From an uncultured Gemmatimonadales bacterium (GTDB taxonomy: Bacteria > Gemmatimonadota > Gemmatimonadetes > Gemmatimonadales > GWC2-71-9): DNA of 64,000 nt. How positions within the stretch are numbered: position 1 is the stretch's first letter; the number at the start of each line of letters is the position of its first letter. The notes beneath the pieces are model-generated. The model worked only from the letters and a program-made list of their open reading frames with translations. It was not told the DNA's origin and made no database searches. Shown here in pieces: positions 1 through 8,924 of this stretch. Both the position numbers and the translations under genes were made by a program. The stretch spans positions 64,001-128,000 of the forward strand of contig CAVSQW010000008.1 of the NCBI GenBank assembly GCA_963730185.1, in the 5' to 3' direction.

Positions 1-863
1 CGCCCCAGCACCGCCGAGATCGGCATCCCGCCACCCAGCGACTTGGCCCAGGTCGAAAGATCCGGCACGATGTCGTAGTGCTGGTAGGCGGCCCACTTGC
101 CGGTCCGGCCGAATCCACTCTGGACTTCGTCGGCAATCAGGAGGATCCCGTGCTCGTCGCAGATCCGGCGGAGCCCTTGCAGGTAGGCGACCGGGGCGGG
201 GACGAAGCCGCCCTCGCCCTGGACCGGCTCGATCAGCACGGCGGCGACCTGTTCGGCCGCGACCGTGGTCGAGAACGCTTCCCGGAGCCGGCGGAGCTCC
301 CGCTCGACGAACGCCTCGAGCCCGAGCCCGTCGCCGTGGTGGTAGTAGTTCGGGAACGGCAACCGGTAGATCTCCGGCGCGTAGGGACCGCTGCCGCTCT
401 TGTAGCCGGTTTTCGAGGTGAGCGACATCCCGAGCAGGGTCCGACCGTGGAACCCCTCGCTGTAGCAGAGGATGGCCGGCCGCCCGGTCGCCTGCCGCGC
501 GATCTTGACGGCATTCTCGACCGCCTCGGCGCCGCTGTTCAGGAGCAGGGCCTTGGTCCGATCGCCGTGAGGGAAGAGCGAGACCAGCTTCTCGCAGAGG
601 GCGACGTACGGCTCGTAGGTGGCGACGTGAATGCAGATGTGGAGCAGCTGCTCGGCCTGGGCCTGGATGGCCCGCACCACCGGCTCGGCGCAGTGGCCGA
701 CGTTCATCACCCCGATCCCGCCGGTGAAGTCGATCAGCGTGTTGCCCTCGAGGTCGGTCAGCATGGCGCCGTGCCCGGTGGCGATGGCGGCGGCCGTGAC
801 GCGGGGCAGGCCCGGGGTGACGACCGCCGCCCGGCGGGCCAGCAGATCTTGGTTGCGGCTCAT
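1..863 (-). CDS. gabT: 4-aminobutyrate aminotransferase-like class III PLP aminotransferase (3' end runs off the window)
   Basis: Manual minus-strand translation: MSRNQDLLARRAAVVTPG...IDFTGGIGVMNVGH...NSGAEAVENAVKIAR...FHGRTL...IEPVQGEGG...LLIADEVQSG. GGAGG RBS precedes the ATG at 863. Confidence 0.85.
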   Translation of the reverse strand, partial: MSRNQDLLARRAAVVTPGLPRVTAAAIATGHGAMLTDLEGNTLIDFTGGIGVMNVGHCAEPVVRAIQAQAEQLLHICIHVATYEPYVALCEKLVSLFPHGDRTKALLLNSGAEAVENAVKIARQATGRPAILCYSEGFHGRTLLGMSLTSKTGYKSGSGPYAPEIYRLPFPNYYHHGDGLGLEAFVERELRRLREAFSTTVAAEQVAAVLIEPVQGEGGFVPAPVAYLQGLRRICDEHGILLIADEVQSGFGRTGKWAAYQHYDIVPDLSTWAKSLGGGMPISAVLG

Positions 864-959
864 TGGGCCTCCCGGCGGGATGGAATTCCGATCGGGCTCC
901 CAGGAATGCGGGCGTCGAACAGATTCGCGACGGCCTGGGGAGCGAAGGTCGGATCAGGT

Positions 960-1006
960 GGTAAGCGCTAACTTATTTCTAATCATATACTTAGAAAGCG
1001 CTTACC
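960..1006. promoter_or_regulatory. Pair of LacI-type palindromic operator-like sites in an AT-rich patch upstream of gabT
   Basis: GTAAGCGCTAAC (961-972) and GAAAGCGCTTAC (994-1005) are each one mismatch from the palindrome GTAAGCGCTTAC and lie 33 bp apart. Confidence 0.5.
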
Positions 1007-1107
1007 GCAACCCGTCGGGCTGAGCTGTGACCAATTTGTGTCGGGTCTCCCTCGACCGCTGAGGCGCGTGATCCGGCGGTTGGGCAGGACCGAATCGAGG
1101 CTGGGGC

Positions 1108-1620
1108 TCAGAGGTACCGGGCGACCGCCATCGCCAGGGCGGCGGCCGCCAGCAACCACGCCACCACCTGACCCACCGATCCCGCCCGCGCCCTGAGCGC
1201 CTGGGCCTGAGCAGCCATCGCCTCGCGCGCCGACGCCTCGGCCCCGGCCGCGCTGGCCGAGAGCGCGCCCGCCTTGAGCATCGAGGGCCGGACGATCCCG
1301 GCCCCGAGGCCGAACGCGATGAGCGCGGCGAGCGCGCCGACCCCGTAGGCCATGCCCGGCGCCGACCCGCCGTAGCCCTTCCCGAAGCCGACCGAGGCGT
1401 GCCAGTAGAGGTAGAATCCGGAGAGCAGCGTCAGCCCTGCCACGATGGGCACCACGGTCATGAACCCGCGCTGGGCGAGCCCGGCCGCGACCTTGGCGCC
1501 GTCGGGTCCCGCGTCGCGAATCGCCGGGAATAGGTAGGCGGCGACGAAAATCATGGCGCCGGCCCAGAAGACTCCGCCGCCGACATGGACCAGGCGGGCC
1601 AGGAGGAGCGTGACGTTCAT
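1108..1620 (-). CDS. Hypothetical multi-pass membrane protein
   Basis: 170 aa with about 4 hydrophobic helices; N-terminal 'RLVHVGGGVFWAG'; GGAA-type RBS. Confidence 0.7.
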   Translation of the reverse strand: MNVTLLLARLVHVGGGVFWAGAMIFVAAYLFPAIRDAGPDGAKVAAGLAQRGFMTVVPIVAGLTLLSGFYLYWHASVGFGKGYGGSAPGMAYGVGALAALIAFGLGAGIVRPSMLKAGALSASAAGAEASAREAMAAQAQALRARAGSVGQVVAWLLAAAALAMAVARYL

Positions 1621-1744
1621 GGGGATTCCGTGAGGAGGTTAGCCGAAGGTACGGTCCCCGTGGCCGATGGTCCAGCCGGGGAGAAGAGCCGTTGCTGGGT
1701 CGCGTCCGGTGGAGCCCCCGGCCGCTAGCGGAATGCCCCCCCAC

Positions 1745-1906
1745 GAGCCGCCGTCGGTCGAACGGGAGACACCCCGGTCGCCGCCCGCGGACCAGAGCGG
1801 CCCTTCGGCGACAACCAGGACGACCTTGCCGCGGTCGCGGCGTCGATCACGGTGCCGTGCTCGATCGAGCGAACGCCGCGCTCCAACCACCGACGGATCG
1901 CCTCGG
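1745..1906 (-). pseudogene. Mosaic gene scraps: amidohydrolase fragment joined to a BNR/VPS10-type glycosyl hydrolase fragment
   Basis: 1831-1906 matches 3105-3180 at 66 of 76 nt (EAIRRxxExGVRSIEHGTVIDAAT). The adjacent part reads VVLVVAEGPLWSAGGDRGVSRSTDGG, which resembles an Asp-box. Confidence 0.6.
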
Positions 1907-1932
1907 GGGATCATGGGGATCTCGTCAGGGAT

Positions 1933-1957
1933 AATTGTGACTTCTAGAATCACAATT
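1933..1957. promoter_or_regulatory. Palindromic motif copy 1 (AATTGTGA-N9-TCACAATT)
   Basis: AATTGTGACTTCTAGAATCACAATT; related copies at 13209 and 14522. Confidence 0.6.
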
Positions 1958-2078
1958 GAGGTTGGGATGACAGACGCGTGCCACAGAGCGCGCGGGGTCG
2001 CGGCCGCGGTGGAGTCGGTTGACGGGCCCATCGTGCCACCGCCGCTCGGTGCCGAATCGCCCGACCGGCGGCCGGTCC

Positions 2079-2633
2079 TCAGTTGGCGGAGCCGGACCGC
2101 ATCGCCTGCATGGCGGCGGCGGCCCGCCGCCGGAGCTCCTCGTCATGGACCCCCGGCCGAATCCCGTGAACCGATCGGAGCCCCGCCGCGATGGCCCGCG
2201 GCGCGATCGAGTGGTGGTCCTCGTTGTTCATGATCTCCCAATCGAACGCCTTGAGCATGCCGAAGATGCCCTGGAGGGCCTCACCCAGGGGATCGGTCAT
2301 CTCCCAGTCGCCGTGAAAGTCGAAGTTGCGCCGGGCGTAGAAGCCGGCCATCCCCTCGTCGGCCGGGTAGCCCACACCGACCACGATCGAGGGCGGCAGC
2401 GCCGGACTGATCGCGGCGAACCGCCCGTGCACCTCGGCCTGGACCAGATCGAAGAGCAGGTTCCCGTCGGTCGCGAGGATCACGGGGTAGGTCCCCTCGC
2501 CATGCTCGTAGCCGGCCGGCAGCGAGACCTCGATCGTGTACCGACCCAGCCCGTCGGCGACGACCTCGAAGGTGTCGTAGGGCCGCGGCGTGGCCGGGCG
2601 AGGGTGGAGTGCGAGCGGCCTGGAGGCTGGCAT
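2079..2633 (-). pseudogene. IroE/Fes-like alpha/beta esterase with an apparent in-frame internal deletion
   Basis: N-terminal motifs YTIEVSLPAGY...YPVILATDGN...IVVGVGYP...RRNFDF are joined directly to the C-terminal NEDHHSIAPRAIAAGLR. No GxSxG elbow; only 184 aa. Confidence 0.6.
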
Positions 2634-2644
2634 GGGGCGCCCTC

Positions 2645-3886
2645 TCAGATGGTCCGCCGGTGGAACCGGCCGGCTTTCATGATCACCGCCAGGCGGGCCC
2701 CGTTCGCCGCCAGCACGCCCAGATCCTCGAGCGGGTTGCCGTCGACGACCAGGAGGTCGGCGTGGGCGCCCGGCGCGACGCATCCCAGCCGGCCGCTCTG
2801 GTTCAGGAGCTCGGCGTTGACCGCGCAGGCCGAGCGAAGGATCTCGAGCGGGGAGAGCACCTGGGCCCGGATGGTGAACTCGGTGCCCTGCCTGACGTGG
2901 TGGGCGCCCAGGAGGTCGGTGCCGAAGCCGAGCTTCACGCCGGCGTCGCGCATCAGGCGGAGGCCCTCGAGCGCGTGCCCGGAGACCCGCTGGAGCTTCT
3001 CGTAGCTCACCGGCGGGAGGCCGAGCTTGGGGCCGTCCTCGAGCAGCGCGAAGATCACCGACATGGTCGGGACCACGAAGGCCTCGCGGTCGGCGACCAG
3101 GGCGGCGGTGGCCGCGTCGATCACGGTCCCGTGCTCGATCGAGCGGACGCCGAGCTCCACGCAGCGCCGGATCGCTTCGGTGGGGTGGCAGTGGGCCAGC
3201 ACGTAGCTCCCGTGCCGGTCGCACTCGGCGACCGCGGCGCGGATCTCGTCTTCGGTGAATTGGCAGCGGTCGATCGGATCGTTGGGCGAGGCAACCCCGC
3301 CGGAGCCCATGATCTTGAGGTGATGGGCCCCCTTCCGGAGCTCCTCCCGGACCGCCCGCCGCATGGCATCGGGGCTGTCGACCACCGCCGCGAACGAGTC
3401 GACGTAACCCGCGCCGGCGCAGCCGCAGCACTCGGCGTAGCCGTCGTGGTCGTGGGGGCGGAAGTCGCCGTGGCCGCCGGTCTGGGTCATGACCCGGCCG
3501 CCGTAGAAGAGCCGGGGTCCCTCCACCAGCCCCTCGGCCAGGGCCCGCGCCAGGCCGACGTCGGCCCCGCCGGTGTCGCGGACCGTGGTGAAGCCGCAGC
3601 CAAGGATGTGGCGCAGGAAGGTGGCGGCGTAGTGGGCGAGGTAGGTGGCCGGCGCCGCCACGATCTTCTCGACGTTCAAGCTGCAGGCGTAGACGTGGAC
3701 GTGCGCGTCGATCAGGCCCGGCATCAGGAACCGGCCGCCGCAGGCCACGACCTCGGCCTCGGGCGCCTCGATCCGCGGTCCCACGGCCGCGATCCGGCCG
3801 TCGGTGACCAACACGTCGCAATTCGCTCTGAGGTCCGGCGACGATCCGTCGAACACGGTCGCCTGGCTCAGCAAGATGGAACTCAT
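2645..3886 (-). CDS. Metal-dependent amidohydrolase (Xaa-Pro dipeptidase-like subgroup)
   Basis: PGLIDAHVH, GFTTVRDTGG, LKIMGSGGV, SIEHG and GFGTD motifs; ATGA overlap with the upstream M28 gene. Confidence 0.9.
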   Translation of the reverse strand: MSSILLSQATVFDGSSPDLRANCDVLVTDGRIAAVGPRIEAPEAEVVACGGRFLMPGLIDAHVHVYACSLNVEKIVAAPATYLAHYAATFLRHILGCGFTTVRDTGGADVGLARALAEGLVEGPRLFYGGRVMTQTGGHGDFRPHDHDGYAECCGCAGAGYVDSFAAVVDSPDAMRRAVREELRKGAHHLKIMGSGGVASPNDPIDRCQFTEDEIRAAVAECDRHGSYVLAHCHPTEAIRRCVELGVRSIEHGTVIDAATAALVADREAFVVPTMSVIFALLEDGPKLGLPPVSYEKLQRVSGHALEGLRLMRDAGVKLGFGTDLLGAHHVRQGTEFTIRAQVLSPLEILRSACAVNAELLNQSGRLGCVAPGAHADLLVVDGNPLEDLGVLAANGARLAVIMKAGRFHRRTI

Positions 3887-5535
3887 GGATGCACCGCCTC
3901 CGTCGTGAAGAACCGCTCCCCCCGCCACCGCGGCCGGCCCGCGGCGTTCGCCACCCTCCGCCCGATCAGCAGGTTCGCCTCGGCGAAGGTGACCCCGGCC
4001 CGCCAGTCGATCGGCTGGTCGTAGCGGTCGCGCGGGGTGTGGTGGATGTGATCGAGCCAGGCCTGCTGGAGCTGGGTGCCGGTCTGGTCGCCCAGGCCGC
4101 TCGCCTTGCCCGGGAAGAGCATCAGGGCGGGGATCCCGAGCCGCATGAAGGGATAGTGGTCGCTCCGGGTGAAGATCGTCTGTCCCGGCAGCGGGTCGTC
4201 GCTCTCCGCCACGCCGAGGGTCCGGAAGGCGGCGCGCGCGTCCTCCTCCAGGCTCGAATACTTGGCGCCGTAGGCGACGAAATCCTTGACCGGCGCCTCC
4301 ATCACGAAGTTGTCGAGGTTCAGGTCGGCCGTGATCGCGGATCGAGGTACCGGCGGATGATGGACGAAGTAGTCGGAGCCGAGGATGCCCTTCTCCTCCC
4401 CGGTCAGGGCGACGAAGAGGATCGAACGGCGGGGTCGGGGCAGCTCGGTCCAGGCCCGCGCCAGCGCCATCAGCACGGCGGTCCCGCCGGCGTTGTCGAT
4501 CGCCCCGTGGTAGACGCTGTCGCCGTCGACCGGGGTGCGGACGCCCACGTGATCGAGGTGCGCGGTGTAGACGACGTACTGATCGTGGAGGGCGGGGTCC
4601 GATCCCCGGAGCAGCCCGACCACGTTGGAGGCGGCCGTCCGTTCCTGCGCCATCTCGGCATGGACGTCGAGCCTGGCGTCGATCGGAAATGACAGCGGAC
4701 CGTGACGGAGCGCCTGGGCCACCTCGGCGAAGCTCCGGCCGGCCAGTCCCAGGACCTTCGCGGTGCCGGTGTCGGTCAGGCGAACGGCCACGCCGGACTC
4801 GAAGAAGAGGCTGTGCGGCTCGCCGTCCGGGTCGACCCAGGCGAAGTCCTCGAGCTGGCCGAGCTTGTCGGCGACCACGGAGGCCGGAGCGGGCAGGAGG
4901 GTCACGACCCCCACCGCGCCGTGGGCCAGCGCGTTCCGCTCCTTCATCGCCAGGGTGGAGTAGTGGCCCCGCTCGTCCGGGGAGAGCGCCGCCGGTCCGC
5001 CGAAGAGCATCACCGCGAACTTGCCCCCGGCGTCGACGCCGGCATAGTCGTCGTAACCCGGCGCGGTCACCCCCCAGCCGACGAAGACCAGCCCGCCCGA
5101 CCGGTCGAGCGAGGTGACCCGCTTGTCGGGGTGCACGAAGGCGTCCCGGCCGAGAGCCAACGGAACCCGGCCGCCGGCGGCGACGAGGGTGACGGTCGTT
5201 CGGGCGGAGTCGAGCACCGTGTGGCGGAGCGGCACCGGCGCCAGGAACGACGAATCCGGGTCCAGCGGCTGGAGACCCAGCTCACCGAACTCGGCCGCCA
5301 CGTAGCGGGCCGCGATCTCGGCGCCGGGCCGGGCCGTCTCCCGGCCCCGCAATCGGGCGTCGGCCAGGAACCGGACGTGGGGGGCGATCCAGTCGGGCCG
5401 GATCAGGCCGAGCGCGGGGTCGCGGGCCGAGCGGGTGGCTTGAGCCGCTCCGCCGACCGTGACGGCCGGGGTCAGCCCCGCGGTGGCGATCAGGATGGCG
5501 AGAACCGGGTGCGGCACCCGAAGTGTGGCGGACAC
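3883..5535 (-). CDS. Secreted M28 family metallopeptidase with PA domain
   Basis: Signal peptide; AHLDH, GAIDNAGG, TGEEKGILGS, RSDHYPF and HHTPRD motifs. Confidence 0.9.
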   Translation of the reverse strand: MSATLRVPHPVLAILIATAGLTPAVTVGGAAQATRSARDPALGLIRPDWIAPHVRFLADARLRGRETARPGAEIAARYVAAEFGELGLQPLDPDSSFLAPVPLRHTVLDSARTTVTLVAAGGRVPLALGRDAFVHPDKRVTSLDRSGGLVFVGWGVTAPGYDDYAGVDAGGKFAVMLFGGPAALSPDERGHYSTLAMKERNALAHGAVGVVTLLPAPASVVADKLGQLEDFAWVDPDGEPHSLFFESGVAVRLTDTGTAKVLGLAGRSFAEVAQALRHGPLSFPIDARLDVHAEMAQERTAASNVVGLLRGSDPALHDQYVVYTAHLDHVGVRTPVDGDSVYHGAIDNAGGTAVLMALARAWTELPRPRRSILFVALTGEEKGILGSDYFVHHPPVPRSAITADLNLDNFVMEAPVKDFVAYGAKYSSLEEDARAAFRTLGVAESDDPLPGQTIFTRSDHYPFMRLGIPALMLFPGKASGLGDQTGTQLQQAWLDHIHHTPRDRYDQPIDWRAGVTFAEANLLIGRRVANAAGRPRWRGERFFTTEAVHP

Positions 5536-5563
5536 TGGTCTTCCTCCGGGCCGGGTCGACGAG

Positions 5564-6505
5564 TCAGCGGTCGAGAAACGCGCCCACGACCTTCACGAAC
5601 GCGTCCGGCTCCTCGTAGAAGGGCATGTGGCCGCTCTTCTCGAAAACGTGGAATGCGGAGCCGGGAATGGCCTGATGGATCCGATAGCCCGTCAGCGGCG
5701 CCACGTTCATGTCGTAGCGGCCGTCCGTAACCAGCGTGGGGAAGTCGAACGACGCGAGGGCCGGCGTGAAATCGAGTCGCCCGAGATCCCGGTTCAGCTG
5801 GGTACTCTGGTCGTTGTTGAACTTGAGGTGCGCGCCGAGCGTTCGCCACTCGGCGCCGTGCTCGGGGGAGTAGAACAGCATCGTGAGGTAGATCCGGAGC
5901 GCCTGGTGGACGAGGGCCGTGTCGCCGGTGGCGCGCCCCTGTTCGAAGGGCGTGTTCATGTCGCGGTCGGGAAAGACCTGCGAGAAGAGAAAGATGGTGT
6001 CGGAGAACTTGGGCGCCGCCGACCCGACCAGCACGAGGTGGGCGACCCGGTCGCCGTGGGTGGCCGCGTAGGCCTGCGCCAGGTAGCCGCCCCACGAATG
6101 ACCCAGGAGGTCGAGCTTCTCGACGCCGAGCGCCTGGCGGAGGGCGTCGAGATCGGCGACGAACTCGGCGACCGTCACCGAGTCGTGCGGCCCGACCGGG
6201 GCCGACCGGCCGGTGCCCCGCTGGTCGTAGGTCACCACCCACCGGTTCCGCCCCAGGGTCGGGAACGCCGGACCGAACCAGAAATACTCCGAGTCGTAAC
6301 CCGGACCGCCGGAGAGCAGCACCAGCGGTGTCCCGCGGTGCGGGCCGATCTCGTAATAGACCAGGGTGTCCGTCCCGGCGCGGAAGGGCGTCGGGGCGGG
6401 GGTCTGGGCCGGCGCGGCCCCCGCGCCCAGGGCGAGCGTCAGCGCGGCGAGCAGGGCCGCGCGCAAGGTGCCGGTCGGGGGTCGCGCGGCTCCGGGCCGG
6501 ATCAT
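5564..6505 (-). CDS. Secreted alpha/beta hydrolase (proline iminopeptidase-like)
   Basis: GGPG, YDQRGTGRS, GHSWGG nucleophile elbow and SGHMPF; signal peptide. Confidence 0.85.
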   Translation of the reverse strand: MIRPGAARPPTGTLRAALLAALTLALGAGAAPAQTPAPTPFRAGTDTLVYYEIGPHRGTPLVLLSGGPGYDSEYFWFGPAFPTLGRNRWVVTYDQRGTGRSAPVGPHDSVTVAEFVADLDALRQALGVEKLDLLGHSWGGYLAQAYAATHGDRVAHLVLVGSAAPKFSDTIFLFSQVFPDRDMNTPFEQGRATGDTALVHQALRIYLTMLFYSPEHGAEWRTLGAHLKFNNDQSTQLNRDLGRLDFTPALASFDFPTLVTDGRYDMNVAPLTGYRIHQAIPGSAFHVFEKSGHMPFYEEPDAFVKVVGAFLDR

Positions 6506-8670
6506 CGCCGGGGGGTCCCCAGCTCACGGCCCAGAAACTCCGTCGTGGCCCGGCTCACCTTGACCCAGGTGGCGTACCGCAGGAAGTCGTGGATTTCGTC
6601 CGGAATCAGCAGCTCCTCGTACCGGACGCCCTGGGCCCGGAGCCGCTGCACCAGATCGACGGTCTGGCTCACCTGCACGTTCCGGTCGTCGTCGCCATGG
6701 ATCAGGAGGACCGGCGAGCGCCAGGTGGCCATGTCGGCCACCGGCGACGACTGCCACATCACCATGATGGCCTGCTCCAGATCGGCGGGCTTCTCGGGCT
6801 GGAGCGCGAGCTCGCCGAAGCGTTGGCCGATCCCGGCGGTCCGGTCGTGGACCCCGTGGAGGTCGACGCCGGCCGCGAACAGGTCGGAGTTCCGGGCCAG
6901 GGCCATGGCGGTGAGATAGCCGCCGTACGAGCCGCCCCAGATCCCGATCCGGCTCACGTCGACGTCGGGCCGCTCCCGGAGATAGTGCGCCGCGGCCAGC
7001 ACGTCCTGATACTCGGAGGCCCCCGCCGCGCCGGCGTGCGCCGGGTTCATGAAGTGATCGCCGTAGCCGATCCCGAGCCGGTAGTTCACCGAGACCACGA
7101 CGAAGCCCTGGTTCGCCAGGTACTGGTTTACCGCGTAGTCCGAGGCGTAGTAGTGCCAGTAGTGGAAACCCAGCAGCATCTGTCGCGGCGGGCCGCCGTG
7201 CACGTAGATCATCGCGGGGCGCTTCTCGGCGCCCGCCTTCGCCGGCTTGAAGACCTGGAGATGGATCGGGGTGCCGTCGATCGACGAGATCACCACCCGT
7301 TCGGGCACCACCAGGTCGGCGGCCGGGAAATCGGCCGGGAGCCGGTCGGCGCCGAGCAGCTTCGGGGTCCCGCCGCCCTGGGGCAGCACGGCCGGCAGCG
7401 GCGGGCGGCGCGGGCCGCTGGTCAGGAGGGCCACCGTCTGTCCGTCACCGGTCACGGCCGGCGACCATTCGAGATCGGTGCCCCGGGTCAGCTGGACCGG
7501 GCTGGCGGCGTCGACCGGCACCCGGAAGAGATGACGGCGGTCGTCGTCCGCGCCGTCGGGGCCGGTGTTCGCGTTGTAGACGATGGAACGGCGATCGGGC
7601 GACATGGTCACGAACTCGACCATGAAGTCGCCCGGGGTGAGCAGCAGCGGCGTGCCCCCGGCCACCGGAACCGAGTAGAGATGGGGCCAGTCGTCGAGGT
7701 TGGCGAGGAAGACCAGCCGGTCGCCCGCCGCCCAAGCCAGGTTCGCGCCCCCTTGGGTCCGGGGACGGGAGCCCAGCAGCGTGTTCGGGCTGTCCCAGAC
7801 GGTGCTGGCGGTGCCGCTCGCGGCGTCGACCACCCGAAGCGACCAGGGCCGCGGGTGCCGCTCGAGCAGGGTCTGGGGCGGCCCGCCCTGACCGGGCTCG
7901 CTCAGGTACGCGATCCGCCGCCCATCGGGCGACCAGACCGGCGAGCTGACCCGATCGGTGGCCGGCGCGAGCCAGCGGATCCGGGTCGCGCCCGAGGCAA
8001 AGAGTCCGAGCAGGCTGTAGCCCGATCGGTTCGAGACGAAGGCCAGCGTCTTACCGTCGGGAGACCAGGTCAGGGCGCCGTTCCGTCCCCGGGCGAAGAA
8101 GAGCTGCTCCGCCTTCCCGCCGGCCGCGAGCGGCACGGTCCAGACCTGTCCGTCCTTCACGTAGGCAACCTGGTCTCCGGCCGGATTCGGCGCGGGCTCG
8201 TCGCCCGGGGCGAGCATCCGCCCGCCGCCACCGGTCCAGGGCACCGTCCAGATCTCGACCCGAGCTCGAGTGATCGCACTGGTGGGATTGGGCTCGATGC
8301 CGCCGGGCGAGGGCCAGTTCGATCCGTGGTCGCCGCCCCGGACGAAGACCAGCTGCCGGCCGTCGGCGGTGAAGCCGAGCTGGGTGAGCGCCTGGCCGTC
8401 ATCCTCCGTAAAGCTGGTCAGCTGCCGCGGCGTCCAGCTCGGCCCTTCGGCCGCCCACACGTTCCGGACCCCGTGGTCCTCGAGCACCCAGGCCATCCGC
8501 TGGCCGGTGGTTGCCGTGACCAGCTCGGTGGGGAAGGGAAAGGTGACGAACCGGTCGACCGGCTGGGACGCTGACTGGCCGGCAGCGGGCGTGCCCACGG
8601 CGGCCGACAGGATGAGAGCCAGGGCGCTCCGGCGGAGCAGCGAGTGGGAATGAAGCATCGTCTCAGCCAT
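6502..8670 (-). CDS. S9 family peptidase (dipeptidyl aminopeptidase/acylaminoacyl peptidase) with beta-propeller
   Basis: WSPDG repeats, HGGP, GGSYGG, HGDDDRNV and DEIH; signal peptide. Confidence 0.9.
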   Translation of the reverse strand: MAETMLHSHSLLRRSALALILSAAVGTPAAGQSASQPVDRFVTFPFPTELVTATTGQRMAWVLEDHGVRNVWAAEGPSWTPRQLTSFTEDDGQALTQLGFTADGRQLVFVRGGDHGSNWPSPGGIEPNPTSAITRARVEIWTVPWTGGGGRMLAPGDEPAPNPAGDQVAYVKDGQVWTVPLAAGGKAEQLFFARGRNGALTWSPDGKTLAFVSNRSGYSLLGLFASGATRIRWLAPATDRVSSPVWSPDGRRIAYLSEPGQGGPPQTLLERHPRPWSLRVVDAASGTASTVWDSPNTLLGSRPRTQGGANLAWAAGDRLVFLANLDDWPHLYSVPVAGGTPLLLTPGDFMVEFVTMSPDRRSIVYNANTGPDGADDDRRHLFRVPVDAASPVQLTRGTDLEWSPAVTGDGQTVALLTSGPRRPPLPAVLPQGGGTPKLLGADRLPADFPAADLVVPERVVISSIDGTPIHLQVFKPAKAGAEKRPAMIYVHGGPPRQMLLGFHYWHYYASDYAVNQYLANQGFVVVSVNYRLGIGYGDHFMNPAHAGAAGASEYQDVLAAAHYLRERPDVDVSRIGIWGGSYGGYLTAMALARNSDLFAAGVDLHGVHDRTAGIGQRFGELALQPEKPADLEQAIMVMWQSSPVADMATWRSPVLLIHGDDDRNVQVSQTVDLVQRLRAQGVRYEELLIPDEIHDFLRYATWVKVSRATTEFLGRELGTPRR

Positions 8671-8924
8671 GGGCTCGAGGAGGCGCTGGGGGATAAAGAG
8701 GGGACTGGGGCAAGCTACCTCCCCCGCTCCGGGGCGGGAAGCACCGGTGGGGAGCGACGAAGCGCTCGCGCGGCCGGCGTCGATCGGCGGGGCACGTCCG
8801 TGACCGGGAGGGGCGTGGGTCGTTAATTTGCCGGAACGGCACGCTGGGCCGCCGCCCCGAAGGGGTCGGCCCCCGGAACCTCCAGCGAGACCACCACCTG
8901 CTGACCTCGTCCCCCTCGGGATCG

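Noticed and set aside
1831..3180. Diverged 76-nt repeat pair as a DGR template/variable repeat
   Set aside because: The 10 mismatches are not adenine-specific on either strand, many are synonymous, and no reverse transcriptase is in the window.
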